Shown: in pieces, positions 9,100-17,899 of the stretch
How positions within the stretch are numbered: position 1 is the stretch's first letter
How the letters are laid out: each line of letters opens with the position of its first letter
Assembly (NCBI GenBank): GCA_035528115.1
Contig: DATKZF010000003.1
Location: 150,699-214,698, forward strand
Direction of reading: 5' to 3'
Origin: Candidatus Bipolaricaulota bacterium
Lineage (GTDB): Bacteria > Patescibacteriota > Patescibacteriia > UBA11705 > DATKZF01
Length of the DNA: 64,000 nt
Position numbers and translations under genes: made by a program
Notes under the pieces: generated by a model
What the model saw: the letters and a program-made list of their open reading frames with translations, nothing else
The model's database searches: none
Told to the model about the DNA's origin: nothing

Positions 9100-10128
9100 A
9101 TGGACTTTCTAAAAAAACACGACCTAACAGTGTCAAAAATTTTCAAAATCGCCGGACTGGCGATTTTGGGCATTGTCGTCGTCGCGATCGGCTTTCGTTT
9201 GGTCGGATCGTCATTTAATTCGGTATTCGAAAAAAATGAAATCGGCTATGGCGTTTCCCCTCAAAGCGCGCCCGCTCAAGATTACGCCGCGGATTCGGAA
9301 ACGGACATGAAATACGCAGGCGTCGGTTCGGTCGGTTTATCAATGAGAAATGTCGCGCCGACACCCGGTTACACGACGGGCAACGATGCTGAAGAATTTG
9401 AAGTGACCGAATATTACGCGACAGTGGAAACGCGCGAACTCGATGAAACCTGCGCGACGATCGCGACTCTCAAAGCGCGACCTGACGTTGTCTTTGAAAG
9501 CGCCGGCGAGTACGACCGCGGTTGCAACTACGTTTTTAAAGTAGAAAAAGATAAGGTCAATGAAATTTTGGAAATCGTTAAAGGAATAGATCCCAAAGAA
9601 CTGACCGAAAGCACCTATACCATTAAAAATTTAATCGAAGATTACACCAGCGAAATTGAAATTCTCGAAAAGAAACTGACGTCCATCGACGAGACTCTGC
9701 AAAAAGCCATGGACGCGTATGATGATGTCACCTCTTTGGCCACCAAAGTTCAAGACGTGGAAACTCTGGCCAAAATCATTGACAGCAAAATCGCCATTAT
9801 CGAAAGATTGACCCAAGCGAGAATCAATATCAATTCCCAGCTCGATTCGATCGCCAGATCAAAAGCCATTCAGCTCGATCGATTGGAATACACTTATTTT
9901 CACATCAATATTCTCGAAAATAAATTCGTTGACGGAGAAAATCTGAAAGATTCATGGAAAGCGGCCATCAAGGCTTTCGTGAGCGATATCAACGAAACCG
10001 CCCAAGATATTACGGTCAACCTCGTGGCCTTCCTGTTCGTTGTGCTGCAATTCGCCCTTTACTTGCTGATTCTGCTGGTCATTGTCAAATATGGTTGGAA
10101 ATTCACCAAGTCCTTCTGGAAAAAATAA
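9100..10128 (+). CDS. Hypothetical membrane-anchored coiled-coil protein (DUF4349-like architecture)
   Basis: 342 aa: N-terminal TM, central coiled coil, C-terminal hydrophobic segment (FLFVVLQFALYLLILLVIV). Confidence 0.45.
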   Translation: MDFLKKHDLTVSKIFKIAGLAILGIVVVAIGFRLVGSSFNSVFEKNEIGYGVSPQSAPAQDYAADSETDMKYAGVGSVGLSMRNVAPTPGYTTGNDAEEFEVTEYYATVETRELDETCATIATLKARPDVVFESAGEYDRGCNYVFKVEKDKVNEILEIVKGIDPKELTESTYTIKNLIEDYTSEIEILEKKLTSIDETLQKAMDAYDDVTSLATKVQDVETLAKIIDSKIAIIERLTQARININSQLDSIARSKAIQLDRLEYTYFHINILENKFVDGENLKDSWKAAIKAFVSDINETAQDITVNLVAFLFVVLQFALYLLILLVIVKYGWKFTKSFWKK

Positions 10129-10138
10129 TTTTTAAGCC

Positions 10139-10176
10139 TTAATACGCCTCTCGCAAGAGAGGCGTATTAATTTTAT
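10139..10176 (+). terminator. Intrinsic terminator
   Basis: AATACGCCTCTC-gcaa-GAGAGGCGTATT hairpin with a GNRA-like loop, followed by a T-rich run. Confidence 0.6.
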
Positions 10177-10908
10177 TTGGCTTTTTGCTTATTTTTGCTA
10201 AGATGGCTTTATATGCCACAGCTTTCAGTCATCATCCCCGTTTATAACGAAGAAAAAAGAATCGGCCAAACTTTGCCCGTTTTTTTGAATTATTTAAATA
10301 ACAGCGGACTTGATTTTGAAATCATCGCGGTCAATGACGGCAGTAGCGATCGTTCCACGGAAATTTTAAAAACTTTTCCGTCGATAAAAATCATTGAGCT
10401 GGAAAAAAACTCGGGCAAGGGCGCGGCCGTTAGAGCGGGAATGTTGGCGGCCGACGGAGACTTTTTGCTTTTCGCGGACGCTGACAATTCCACTCCGATT
10501 GAAGAATTGAAAAAACTGTGGACGTATAAAGACAACTTTGACATCATCATCGGCTCGCGCCATGTTCGCGGCAGCGACGTTAAAATCAAACAACCATTGA
10601 CGCGGCGCGCCGTGTCATTTGCCGGCAATCTTTTGATTCGGCTTTTGGCTTGTTCGAAAATCAAAGACACGCAATGCGGATTCAAATTATTTTCAAAAAA
10701 CTCGGCAAAAAAACTTTTTCGTCTTCAGAAAATAAACCGCTGGGGCTTTGACATCGAGCTTTTATATCTGGCAAGAAAGATGAAATTTCCCGTTAAAGAA
10801 ACTCCTGTGGTTTGGATCGATTCCCCGAGAAACTCCATTAAAACCAAAGATATTTTTCTAACTTTTATTGAATTGATTAAAATCAGATTTTCCAAATACG
10901 ATCTTTAG
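10177..10908 (+). CDS. GT2 glycosyltransferase (dolichyl/polyprenyl-phosphate sugar synthase-like)
   Basis: VIIPVYNEE...IIAVNDGSSD...ELEKNSGKGAAVRAG...FADADNSTP motifs of GT-A/GT2 enzymes. The true start is probably M13 (MPQLSVIIP, 10213). Confidence 0.8.
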   Translation: MAFCLFLLRWLYMPQLSVIIPVYNEEKRIGQTLPVFLNYLNNSGLDFEIIAVNDGSSDRSTEILKTFPSIKIIELEKNSGKGAAVRAGMLAADGDFLLFADADNSTPIEELKKLWTYKDNFDIIIGSRHVRGSDVKIKQPLTRRAVSFAGNLLIRLLACSKIKDTQCGFKLFSKNSAKKLFRLQKINRWGFDIELLYLARKMKFPVKETPVVWIDSPRNSIKTKDIFLTFIELIKIRFSKYDL

Positions 10909-10966
10909 TTACAAGATTACAAGATTTTTCGTACAAGATATTACCAGATAACAATAGAGTTCTATT

Positions 10967-12124
10967 ATGATTCCTGTAATAATACTCCATCTGGGCGAAA
11001 TCATGCTCAAAGGACAAAACAAACCGTTTTTTTCCAAAATATTGATTAAAAACATCAAAAACTTTTTGGATCTCAAAGAATACACCGATATTGATAGAAA
11101 GGAAGGAAAAATCGTCATTGAACTGAAAAAAGACGATCCAAAAACTAATCTGCCGAATCTGCTGGCGAAAATACCCGGTGTGGCCAATGCCGCGTACGGC
11201 TACAAATGCGGCAGAACTTTAGCCGAATTAAAAAACAGCGCGCTCAAAATAAGCCGAACAAAAAAAGTGGAGACTTTTAAAATTCAAACATCCAGATCGG
11301 ACAAAACATTCAAATACGACTCCATGGAAATCAATTGCCTCTTGGGCGAGCATCTGATAAACAACTCGAAAATGAAGGTCGTCATGAAAAATCCTGAACT
11401 GGTCGTGTCAATTGAGATCCCTCCGAGAATCGCTTATGTCATGGGCGAAAAAATCCGCGGCGCGGACGGCCTGCCCACCGGCTCCTCGGGCAAAGCGGTT
11501 TGTTTACTGTCAGGAGGAATTGACAGCCCGGTGGCCGCGTATCTTTTGGCCAGGCGGGGCGCTCAAATTATTTTGGTTCACGCCGAAAACAAAACCCTCT
11601 CGACCGATCAAAATCGCGATAAACTGGAAAAATTGGCGGCCAAATTGTCAAATTATCAAAAACCCATTAAACTGTATATGGTTCCTTTCGAACAAATTCA
11701 AAAACAAATAATCGCCCATACCGAAAGCTCGTATCGCATGATTATTTACAAAAGATTCATGCTGCGCCTGGCGGAAAAAATCGCCCGAAAGGAAAAAGCC
11801 AAGGCCATCGCCACCGGAGACAATTTGGCGCAAGTGGCTTCGCAAACCATGGAAAATTTGATCGTCACGGAAAAAGCCATTAACTTTTTGCTCTTGCGGC
11901 CGCTGATCGGCTTCAATAAACAAGAAATCGTGGACTTGGCCGAAAAGATCGGCACTTATGAAATCTCCATAATTCCGGCGTCCGATTGTTGCTCATTCAT
12001 GGTGGCCAAGCATCCGCAGACCAGAGGCAAGCTGTCCGAGGCGGAAAAATTCGAAAAAGAAATGGACGTCGAAACCTTGGTGGCTGAAGCTGTCTTGAAA
12101 GCCAAAATTAAGATATTTGAATAA
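10967..12124 (+). CDS. thiI: tRNA 4-thiouridine synthase
   Basis: 385 aa. N-terminal THUMP-like region and PP-loop motif LLSGGIDSPVAAYLLARRG. Confidence 0.85.
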   Translation: MIPVIILHLGEIMLKGQNKPFFSKILIKNIKNFLDLKEYTDIDRKEGKIVIELKKDDPKTNLPNLLAKIPGVANAAYGYKCGRTLAELKNSALKISRTKKVETFKIQTSRSDKTFKYDSMEINCLLGEHLINNSKMKVVMKNPELVVSIEIPPRIAYVMGEKIRGADGLPTGSSGKAVCLLSGGIDSPVAAYLLARRGAQIILVHAENKTLSTDQNRDKLEKLAAKLSNYQKPIKLYMVPFEQIQKQIIAHTESSYRMIIYKRFMLRLAEKIARKEKAKAIATGDNLAQVASQTMENLIVTEKAINFLLLRPLIGFNKQEIVDLAEKIGTYEISIIPASDCCSFMVAKHPQTRGKLSEAEKFEKEMDVETLVAEAVLKAKIKIFE

Positions 12125-12141
12125 ATTTAATTTACAATAAT

Positions 12142-13062
12142 ATGCTAAAAATCGCAGTTATCGGCGGAGGCTCTTCTTCCGAACGAAAAGTTAGTTTAAA
12201 TTCATCAAAAAAAGTTTTTGAAAATTTAGATGAAACCAAATACGAAAAATATTATTTTGATTTTCCAAACGATTTAGAAAAATTTTTAGAGAATCATAAA
12301 AATTTAGACGTGGTCATGCCGGTTTTGCACGGAGTGGGTGGCGAAGACGGACAAATTCAAGGATTTTTAAAAACGCTCGGATTAAAATTCACTTTCTCCG
12401 ACGTAACCGCTCAGGCAATCGCGATGGATAAACATTTGACCGAAATTTTAATAAAAACCGAAACGGACATAAAGATGCCCGAAAGTAAAACATTTGAAAT
12501 CGATGAAATCAATACTGAAGAAATAGAAAAATCATTTTCTTATCCGCTGGTGATCAAGCCGACCATGGGAGGCTCGAGTCTGGGCGCTTTCATAGTTAAA
12601 GACAGAAATGAACTGGAAAAAGGTCTGATTGACATCAAAACATTCAACCAACCTATTTTAGTTCAAGATTATATTACCGGCAGAGAATTAACCGTGGCTA
12701 TTTTGGGAAACAAAAGAATGAAAGCGCTGCCAGTCATTGAGATCTGTCCAAAAAAAGAATTTTTCGACTACCAAGCCAAATATGACTCGCAATTTTGCGA
12801 AGAAATTTGCCCGGCGGAAATAGACGACGCTTTGGCTCAGGATTTGCAAAGGCAAGCTCTGCTCGCACACCAAGTTATCGGTTGCCGAGGTCTTTCAAGA
12901 TCAGACTTTATCGTGACCAAAGATAATGAGATTTTCTTTTTAGAAACAAACACTATTCCCGGAATGACCTCGGAATCGCTGGCGCCAAAAGCGGCGGCCG
13001 CCGACGGCTATTCATATCCCGAATTTTTGGATAAATTGATTGAACTCGCCCAAGAAGCCTAA
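12142..13062 (+). CDS. ddl: D-alanine--D-alanine ligase
   Basis: 306 aa. KIAVIGGGSSSERKVSL N-terminus, ATP-grasp core (LVIKPTMGGSSLG) and ETNTIPGMT C-terminal motif. Confidence 0.85.
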   Translation: MLKIAVIGGGSSSERKVSLNSSKKVFENLDETKYEKYYFDFPNDLEKFLENHKNLDVVMPVLHGVGGEDGQIQGFLKTLGLKFTFSDVTAQAIAMDKHLTEILIKTETDIKMPESKTFEIDEINTEEIEKSFSYPLVIKPTMGGSSLGAFIVKDRNELEKGLIDIKTFNQPILVQDYITGRELTVAILGNKRMKALPVIEICPKKEFFDYQAKYDSQFCEEICPAEIDDALAQDLQRQALLAHQVIGCRGLSRSDFIVTKDNEIFFLETNTIPGMTSESLAPKAAAADGYSYPEFLDKLIELAQEA

Positions 13063-13071
13063 ACTAATTTC

Positions 13072-13108
13072 AAAAACCCCCTTGGAATTTTTTCCAACGG
13101 GGTTTTTT
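13072..13108. terminator. Bidirectional intrinsic terminator between ddl (+) and the small gene at 13107 (-)
   Basis: A5-CCCCCTTGG-aattttttc-CAACGGGG-T6: a hairpin flanked by an A-run and a T-run, so it can act on both strands. Confidence 0.6.
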
Positions 13109-13307
13109 AGTCCTCAAAATCGTGATACTGCCTCCCGGACGCGGCGCGCTTGTACAACGCCGTCACCAAGTTAATGATCAATATCGCGGCGATCGGGCCG
13201 ACCAAGATGCCCCACTTGCCGAAAAAGAACAAGCACGCGAACGCGGCCGCCACTCCCAGCAATACGCTAAGGAGGGCGACAAGGAAGTCCTTGGACGGAC
13301 GATCCAT
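13107..13307 (-). CDS. Small two-TM membrane protein, GC-rich (about 58%)
   Basis: The ORF track gives 13107..13388. A canonical SD (AAGGAGG) sits 6 nt upstream of an internal ATG (13307), giving 66 aa: MDRPSKDFLVALLSVLLGVAAAFACLFFFGKWGILVGPIAAILIINLVTALYKR... Composition is distinct from its neighbours. Confidence 0.45.
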   Translation of the reverse strand: MDRPSKDFLVALLSVLLGVAAAFACLFFFGKWGILVGPIAAILIINLVTALYKRAASGRQYHDFED

Positions 13308-13426
13308 GGCTGTCCTCCTTTCGGGAGTTTGTTCAAAATAAGATAGCATTTTATAAAAAAAAGAGCAACGGACCCCCCCGTCGCTCAATCACAAATTGCC
13401 GTAATAATCCCAACAAAAGATCAAAT

Positions 13427-13540
13427 GCTTAAGAATATTGTAATTCGTAACAAATAACCTGAAAGCTTAATTGAATATTGTAATTCGTAACAGATAACTT
13501 GAAAGCTTAATTGAATATTGTAATTCGTAACGTAGATCAA
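13427..13540 (+). repeat. 40-bp tandem array (about 2.6 copies) with a TTGTAATTCGTAACA core
   Basis: aatattgtaattcgtaacaaataacctgaaagcttaattg / aatattgtaattcgtaacagataacttgaaagcttaattg / aatattgtaattcgtaacg... A near-identical array is at 47455-47570. Confidence 0.8.
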
Positions 13541-15180
13541 ATCATCCCCCGATCCTGATTTTCCACGGCCGCGGTGACAAACGCGTTAAACAGCGGATGT
13601 CCGGTAAACGGCCGCGACTTGAATTCCGGATGAAACTGCGTGCCCACGAAAAACGGATGATCCGGCACTTCAATGATTTCCACCAAATTACCGTCTGGCG
13701 ACGCACCGGCCACCAGCAATCCTTTTTGCTCGAGCAAACTCCTGAAATCATTATTGACTTCATAGCGATGGCGATGCCTCTCGGAAATATCTTCGCGACC
13801 GTAAGCTTGATAGCTTTTCGATTTTTTATTCAAAACGCACGGATAGGCGCCGAGGCGCATGGTTGAACCGTAGCGGTGCTGTTTAATGTTTTTAACCTGC
13901 TCGGGCATGATGTCAATGACTTTATTCTCCGCCTTTTCATCGATTTCTCCGGAAGTGGCGTTAACCAATCCGCAAACGTTTCTGGCAAATTCGATGGTCG
14001 CCAGCTGCATGCCGTAGCACAAACCGAGATACGGAATTTTATTTTCTCGAACAAACTGAATCGCTTTTATTTTGCCTTCAACGCCGCGAGAGCCGAACCC
14101 TCCGGGCACGATGATGCCCGCGTATTTTTTCAATTCTTCCAGCCGGCTCGGATTTTCTTCATAAACGCCCGAGTCAATCCAGTCAATTACCGGTTTTACG
14201 CCGCGCATCCAGCAGGCGTGTTTGATCGCTTCAATGACCGAGATGTATGAATCCGATAAAACAAAATCCCCTATATTGAAATATTTGCCGACAATGCCGA
14301 TTCTCAATTCTTTTTGGGCTTCTTTGATTCTCTTGACCAAGTTTTCCCAATCAGCCAAATCGGTTGCCGTTTCCTTGGATTCCAAACCGAATTTTTTCAG
14401 AATTTTCGTGCCCAGATGCTCAGCCTCAAAATTAACCGGCACCTCGTAAATGTATTCGATATCCGGCGCGGAAATAACGTTATCAAAAGGCACGCTGCCG
14501 TTGGTGGCGATTTTTCTTTTTCGGATCTCATCGAGCGGTCGCTCTGAGCGGCATAAAATAAAATCCGGTTGAATACCCGCGGAATTGAGCGTTCTGACCG
14601 CGTATTGGGTGGGTTTGGTTTTCATTTCGCCCACTTTGCTAGGAATCGGCAGGTAACTGACCAAGACGAAAGCCACGTCGTTCGCGCTTTTCAATTTCAT
14701 CATGCGAGCCGCTTCCAGAAAAAGCAAATTCTGATATTCTCCGACTGTGCCGCCGATTTCTATGATCATTATTTCACATTCGGTCTTTTTCACGGCCGAA
14801 TGAATACGCTCGATAATTTCTTGCGGAATATGGGGAACCACTTCCACGCACTTGCCGCCGTATTCCAAATTTCTTTCTTTGCTGATCACCGACTGGTAAA
14901 CTCTGCCCGTGGTCATGTAATTTTCAGAATAAATGTTGGTATTTAAAAATCTCTCGTAATTTCCAACGTCCTGATCGGTCTCATCGCCGTCTTCGGTCAC
15001 GAAAACCTCCCCATGTTCGGTGGGATTCATCGTGCCCGCGTCCACATTTATGTACGGATCCATTTTAATGGCGGACACTTCATAACCCTTGGCTTTCAGC
15101 ACCGCGCCGATTGAAGCGGTGGCAATCCCCTTGCCCACGCCGCTCATTACCCCTCCCACCACGAAAATGTATTTGGCCAT
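13537..15180 (-). CDS. pyrG: CTP synthase
   Basis: 547 aa. N-terminal MAKYIFVVGGVMSGVGKGI..., synthetase domain and C-terminal glutamine amidotransferase domain (GLCYGMQ). Confidence 0.95.
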   Translation of the reverse strand: MAKYIFVVGGVMSGVGKGIATASIGAVLKAKGYEVSAIKMDPYINVDAGTMNPTEHGEVFVTEDGDETDQDVGNYERFLNTNIYSENYMTTGRVYQSVISKERNLEYGGKCVEVVPHIPQEIIERIHSAVKKTECEIMIIEIGGTVGEYQNLLFLEAARMMKLKSANDVAFVLVSYLPIPSKVGEMKTKPTQYAVRTLNSAGIQPDFILCRSERPLDEIRKRKIATNGSVPFDNVISAPDIEYIYEVPVNFEAEHLGTKILKKFGLESKETATDLADWENLVKRIKEAQKELRIGIVGKYFNIGDFVLSDSYISVIEAIKHACWMRGVKPVIDWIDSGVYEENPSRLEELKKYAGIIVPGGFGSRGVEGKIKAIQFVRENKIPYLGLCYGMQLATIEFARNVCGLVNATSGEIDEKAENKVIDIMPEQVKNIKQHRYGSTMRLGAYPCVLNKKSKSYQAYGREDISERHRHRYEVNNDFRSLLEQKGLLVAGASPDGNLVEIIEVPDHPFFVGTQFHPEFKSRPFTGHPLFNAFVTAAVENQDRGMI

Positions 15181-15278
15181 ATTTACTCACGCAACATGCA
15201 ACATGAAACATGTGACATTATAACAATTGCTCCATGCTCCATGATTCATGTTTTAGGATTTAGATATTAGAAATTATT

Positions 15279-15719
15279 TTATTCCGACTTGATTACCAAA
15301 TCTATTGTAATATTTTTATCTCCGGCTTTAACGTCAATTTTATACTCCCCCGCTTTTTTAATCGGTTCATCGAGTTTGATCATTTTGGACTTAATGTTAA
15401 TGCCCGACTTCTTCAATTCAGCGGCAATCTTGTCCGCTGTTATTTTTGCGAAAAAAGTGCCGTTTTCATCAGCTTTGGCCGAGATAGCCAATTTCAGCGA
15501 ATCCAATTTTTCAAGCAGACCAGGCTGATTGATTTTTCCCTGTGTTCTTTGGCGCTCTTGCTTTTTCCGAGACGCTTGGGCCTTGGCCACTTCTCCGGCC
15601 GTGGCCGCCTTGGCGATATTATTGGGAAATAAATAATTCATGGCAAACCCTTCGGAGACTTCCTTTATGTCTCCGATTTTACCCAATTTCGAATCGTTTT
15701 TGATTAAGACCACTTTCAT
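15279..15719 (-). CDS. rplI: 50S ribosomal protein L9
   Basis: 146 aa. MKVVLIKNDSKLGKIGDIKEVSEGFAMNYLFP is the L9 N-domain, followed by a linker helix and C-domain. Confidence 0.85.
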   Translation of the reverse strand: MKVVLIKNDSKLGKIGDIKEVSEGFAMNYLFPNNIAKAATAGEVAKAQASRKKQERQRTQGKINQPGLLEKLDSLKLAISAKADENGTFFAKITADKIAAELKKSGINIKSKMIKLDEPIKKAGEYKIDVKAGDKNITIDLVIKSE

Positions 15720-15853
15720 ATTGTTATCAGTTCGTAGTTAGAATAGTTAGAGTAGTTCTGAGTTAAAGTAGTTAAATTAGTTTTTTATGCAGGCGAAAAA
15801 ATAGAACATTCGTAGCTTTATAGCCCTTTTTTATTATATCAGCTTAGCACATT

Positions 15854-16591
15854 TTATTTCTTATGCAAAAATTCCTTGTAAAACATGCTCCCGGCCATAA
15901 CGCAAACCGGTAAAAACAACAAATTAAACACCGGAATCAAGGCGCCAACCATAATTCCCAATCCGAAGCCGAGCATGGGCCATTTGTTTTTTTTAAAAGC
16001 GGCCAATTTTCTATCGAAATTCCATTCGCGCCGATCCAGCTCGAAATCCAAAAACTCCATGGCCAAAAACCAAGCGGTGATGAAGATATTCAAAAGCGTG
16101 ATGAAAGTGACGCCGATCAAAGGAAACAAACTGATTATAAACAGCAAAACCTGCGAAGATACAAACAAGAATATTCGCTTGACGCCGCCGAACAATGAAA
16201 TCGAAAAAACCTTGATGTTTTGTCCGATTGTTTTTTTAGCCGCTTTTTCCGCGGTGCCGAGAAGCGCGGCGGTTTTTTCCGACAAAATTTCATAAAACGG
16301 CGAGCCGATAATATTGGCTAAGGCCACGAAAGTAAAAAGCATAAAGAAAAAAAACAAAGCCAAGCCCGCGCCGACAATAAAATAATACAACAGACTTTCA
16401 TACCAAATATCAGACGATAAAAAATCGAGCGAGCCGGACAAACCCGTGAACGCCAGATAAAACACGGCGGCGTAAATCAATAAATTGATCGCCATGGGAA
16501 ACGCCATCCAAACAAACAATTTTTTGTTCGCCAGCAAAGTTTTAAAAGCCGCGAACGGAAAAACAAAACCTTTGTAAATCAACTTCAACAT
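15854..16591 (-). CDS. Multi-pass integral membrane protein (possibly CysZ/EI24-like)
   Basis: 245 aa with at least five predicted TM helices. No catalytic motif seen. Confidence 0.45.
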   Translation of the reverse strand: MLKLIYKGFVFPFAAFKTLLANKKLFVWMAFPMAINLLIYAAVFYLAFTGLSGSLDFLSSDIWYESLLYYFIVGAGLALFFFFMLFTFVALANIIGSPFYEILSEKTAALLGTAEKAAKKTIGQNIKVFSISLFGGVKRIFLFVSSQVLLFIISLFPLIGVTFITLLNIFITAWFLAMEFLDFELDRREWNFDRKLAAFKKNKWPMLGFGLGIMVGALIPVFNLLFLPVCVMAGSMFYKEFLHKK

Positions 16592-16673
16592 ATAAAAAAA
16601 ACCTAAAAACGAAAAACTAAAGAGCGTTTAGATTCTATTTTTAGGAATTAAGAACTTATCTTATAAAATATTT

Positions 16674-17891
16674 CTACTTGCTTTTCAATATTTCCAGCGC
16701 CCGTTCGAGCTGAGGATCTTTTTCTTGAACAAAATCTTCATCGGTGATTTCCACTTCCTGATCAGGCTCAATACCTTCTTCGTTGATGGAAGCTCCGCTG
16801 GGAGTCAACCACTTGGCTATGGTCACTTTGACGGAAGAACCGTCGGACAAAGAATGCAAATTTTGCACCGAGCCTTTACCGAAAGTTTTTTTGCCGACCA
16901 AAGTCGCCAGGCCGTAATCTTTCAAAGCGCCCGCCACGATCTCGGAGCCCGAAGCGCTGCCTTCATTGATCAATACCACGGTCGGCATTTGAACGAACGC
17001 CGGCTGACCTTTGGAAGCATACTCCATTTTTTGACCGTCGCCGAATTGTTCGCTGACCACGGTTTGGCCGTTCTCTATCCAAGCCGACGCCACGAAAATC
17101 GCGGAATCGAGCAAACCGCCCGGATTGTTTCTTAAGTTCAATACAAGGCCATTCACTTTCTTGTCGAGCATCTCATCGACCGCGTCCTTGAACAAGGAAT
17201 TGGTGTCGGTATTGAAACCGGTGATGTCTATATAGCCGATATTGCCGTCTTTTATTTCCGTTTTCACGCTTTGAATGTAAATAATGTCCCTGGTCACTTC
17301 CACGTCGGACGCGACATCGTTTCTTGAAATCAATAATTTCACCACAGTGCCTTTTTCGCCTCTGATATTTCTCACCGCTTCCGACAAAGTCATGGCCGCG
17401 GTTTCCTTGCCGTCCACCGCTATAATCTTGTCACCGGCTTTTAGTCCGGCCCTTTCCGCGGGTGACGAGGCAATCGGAGCGACAATCGTCAATTGACTGT
17501 CCTTGACCGCGATTTCCGCGCCAATGCCTTGGAATTTACCGTCAATGTCCTCATTAAATTCTTCTGTTTCATCAGGCGTCAGAAAAACCGTGTACGGGTC
17601 ATTCAAGCCGGCCACCATGCCCTCCAAGACGCTGTAAAAAACTTTTTCATTGTCTATCTCGGATTGATTGACGAAATTTTGCTGCAGGACTTTCCAAACT
17701 TCGCGCATCAGCGACATGTTGAATTCATCCGGCAATTGCTGCTGAGTTAAAATAGCTCCGCTGACCGCCGACACGCTTTGCTTGCTCGCCTGACCGATAA
17801 AAAAACCAGCCAGCCCGACGGCGATCATTAAAACGACGATGATTGAAGTCCTGAAAAAAGTTTTATTCGGTTTTGTTTGATATGTTGGCAT
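16674..17891 (-). CDS. ctpA: Carboxyl-terminal processing protease (S41 family, PDZ-containing)
   Basis: 405 aa. N-terminal TM, PDZ segment (AGLKAGDKIIAVDGKE) and S41 catalytic region (IDITGFN...VLNLRNNPGGLL). Confidence 0.85.
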   Translation of the reverse strand: MPTYQTKPNKTFFRTSIIVVLMIAVGLAGFFIGQASKQSVSAVSGAILTQQQLPDEFNMSLMREVWKVLQQNFVNQSEIDNEKVFYSVLEGMVAGLNDPYTVFLTPDETEEFNEDIDGKFQGIGAEIAVKDSQLTIVAPIASSPAERAGLKAGDKIIAVDGKETAAMTLSEAVRNIRGEKGTVVKLLISRNDVASDVEVTRDIIYIQSVKTEIKDGNIGYIDITGFNTDTNSLFKDAVDEMLDKKVNGLVLNLRNNPGGLLDSAIFVASAWIENGQTVVSEQFGDGQKMEYASKGQPAFVQMPTVVLINEGSASGSEIVAGALKDYGLATLVGKKTFGKGSVQNLHSLSDGSSVKVTIAKWLTPSGASINEEGIEPDQEVEITDEDFVQEKDPQLERALEILKSK

Positions 17892-17899
17892 AAATTTGA

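Noticed and set aside
13427-13540. CRISPR array interpretation of the 40-bp tandem repeats (and of 47455-47570)
   Set aside because: The segments between the 15-bp cores are nearly identical from unit to unit, so there are no unique spacers. There are no cas genes in the window. This is a plain tandem repeat.
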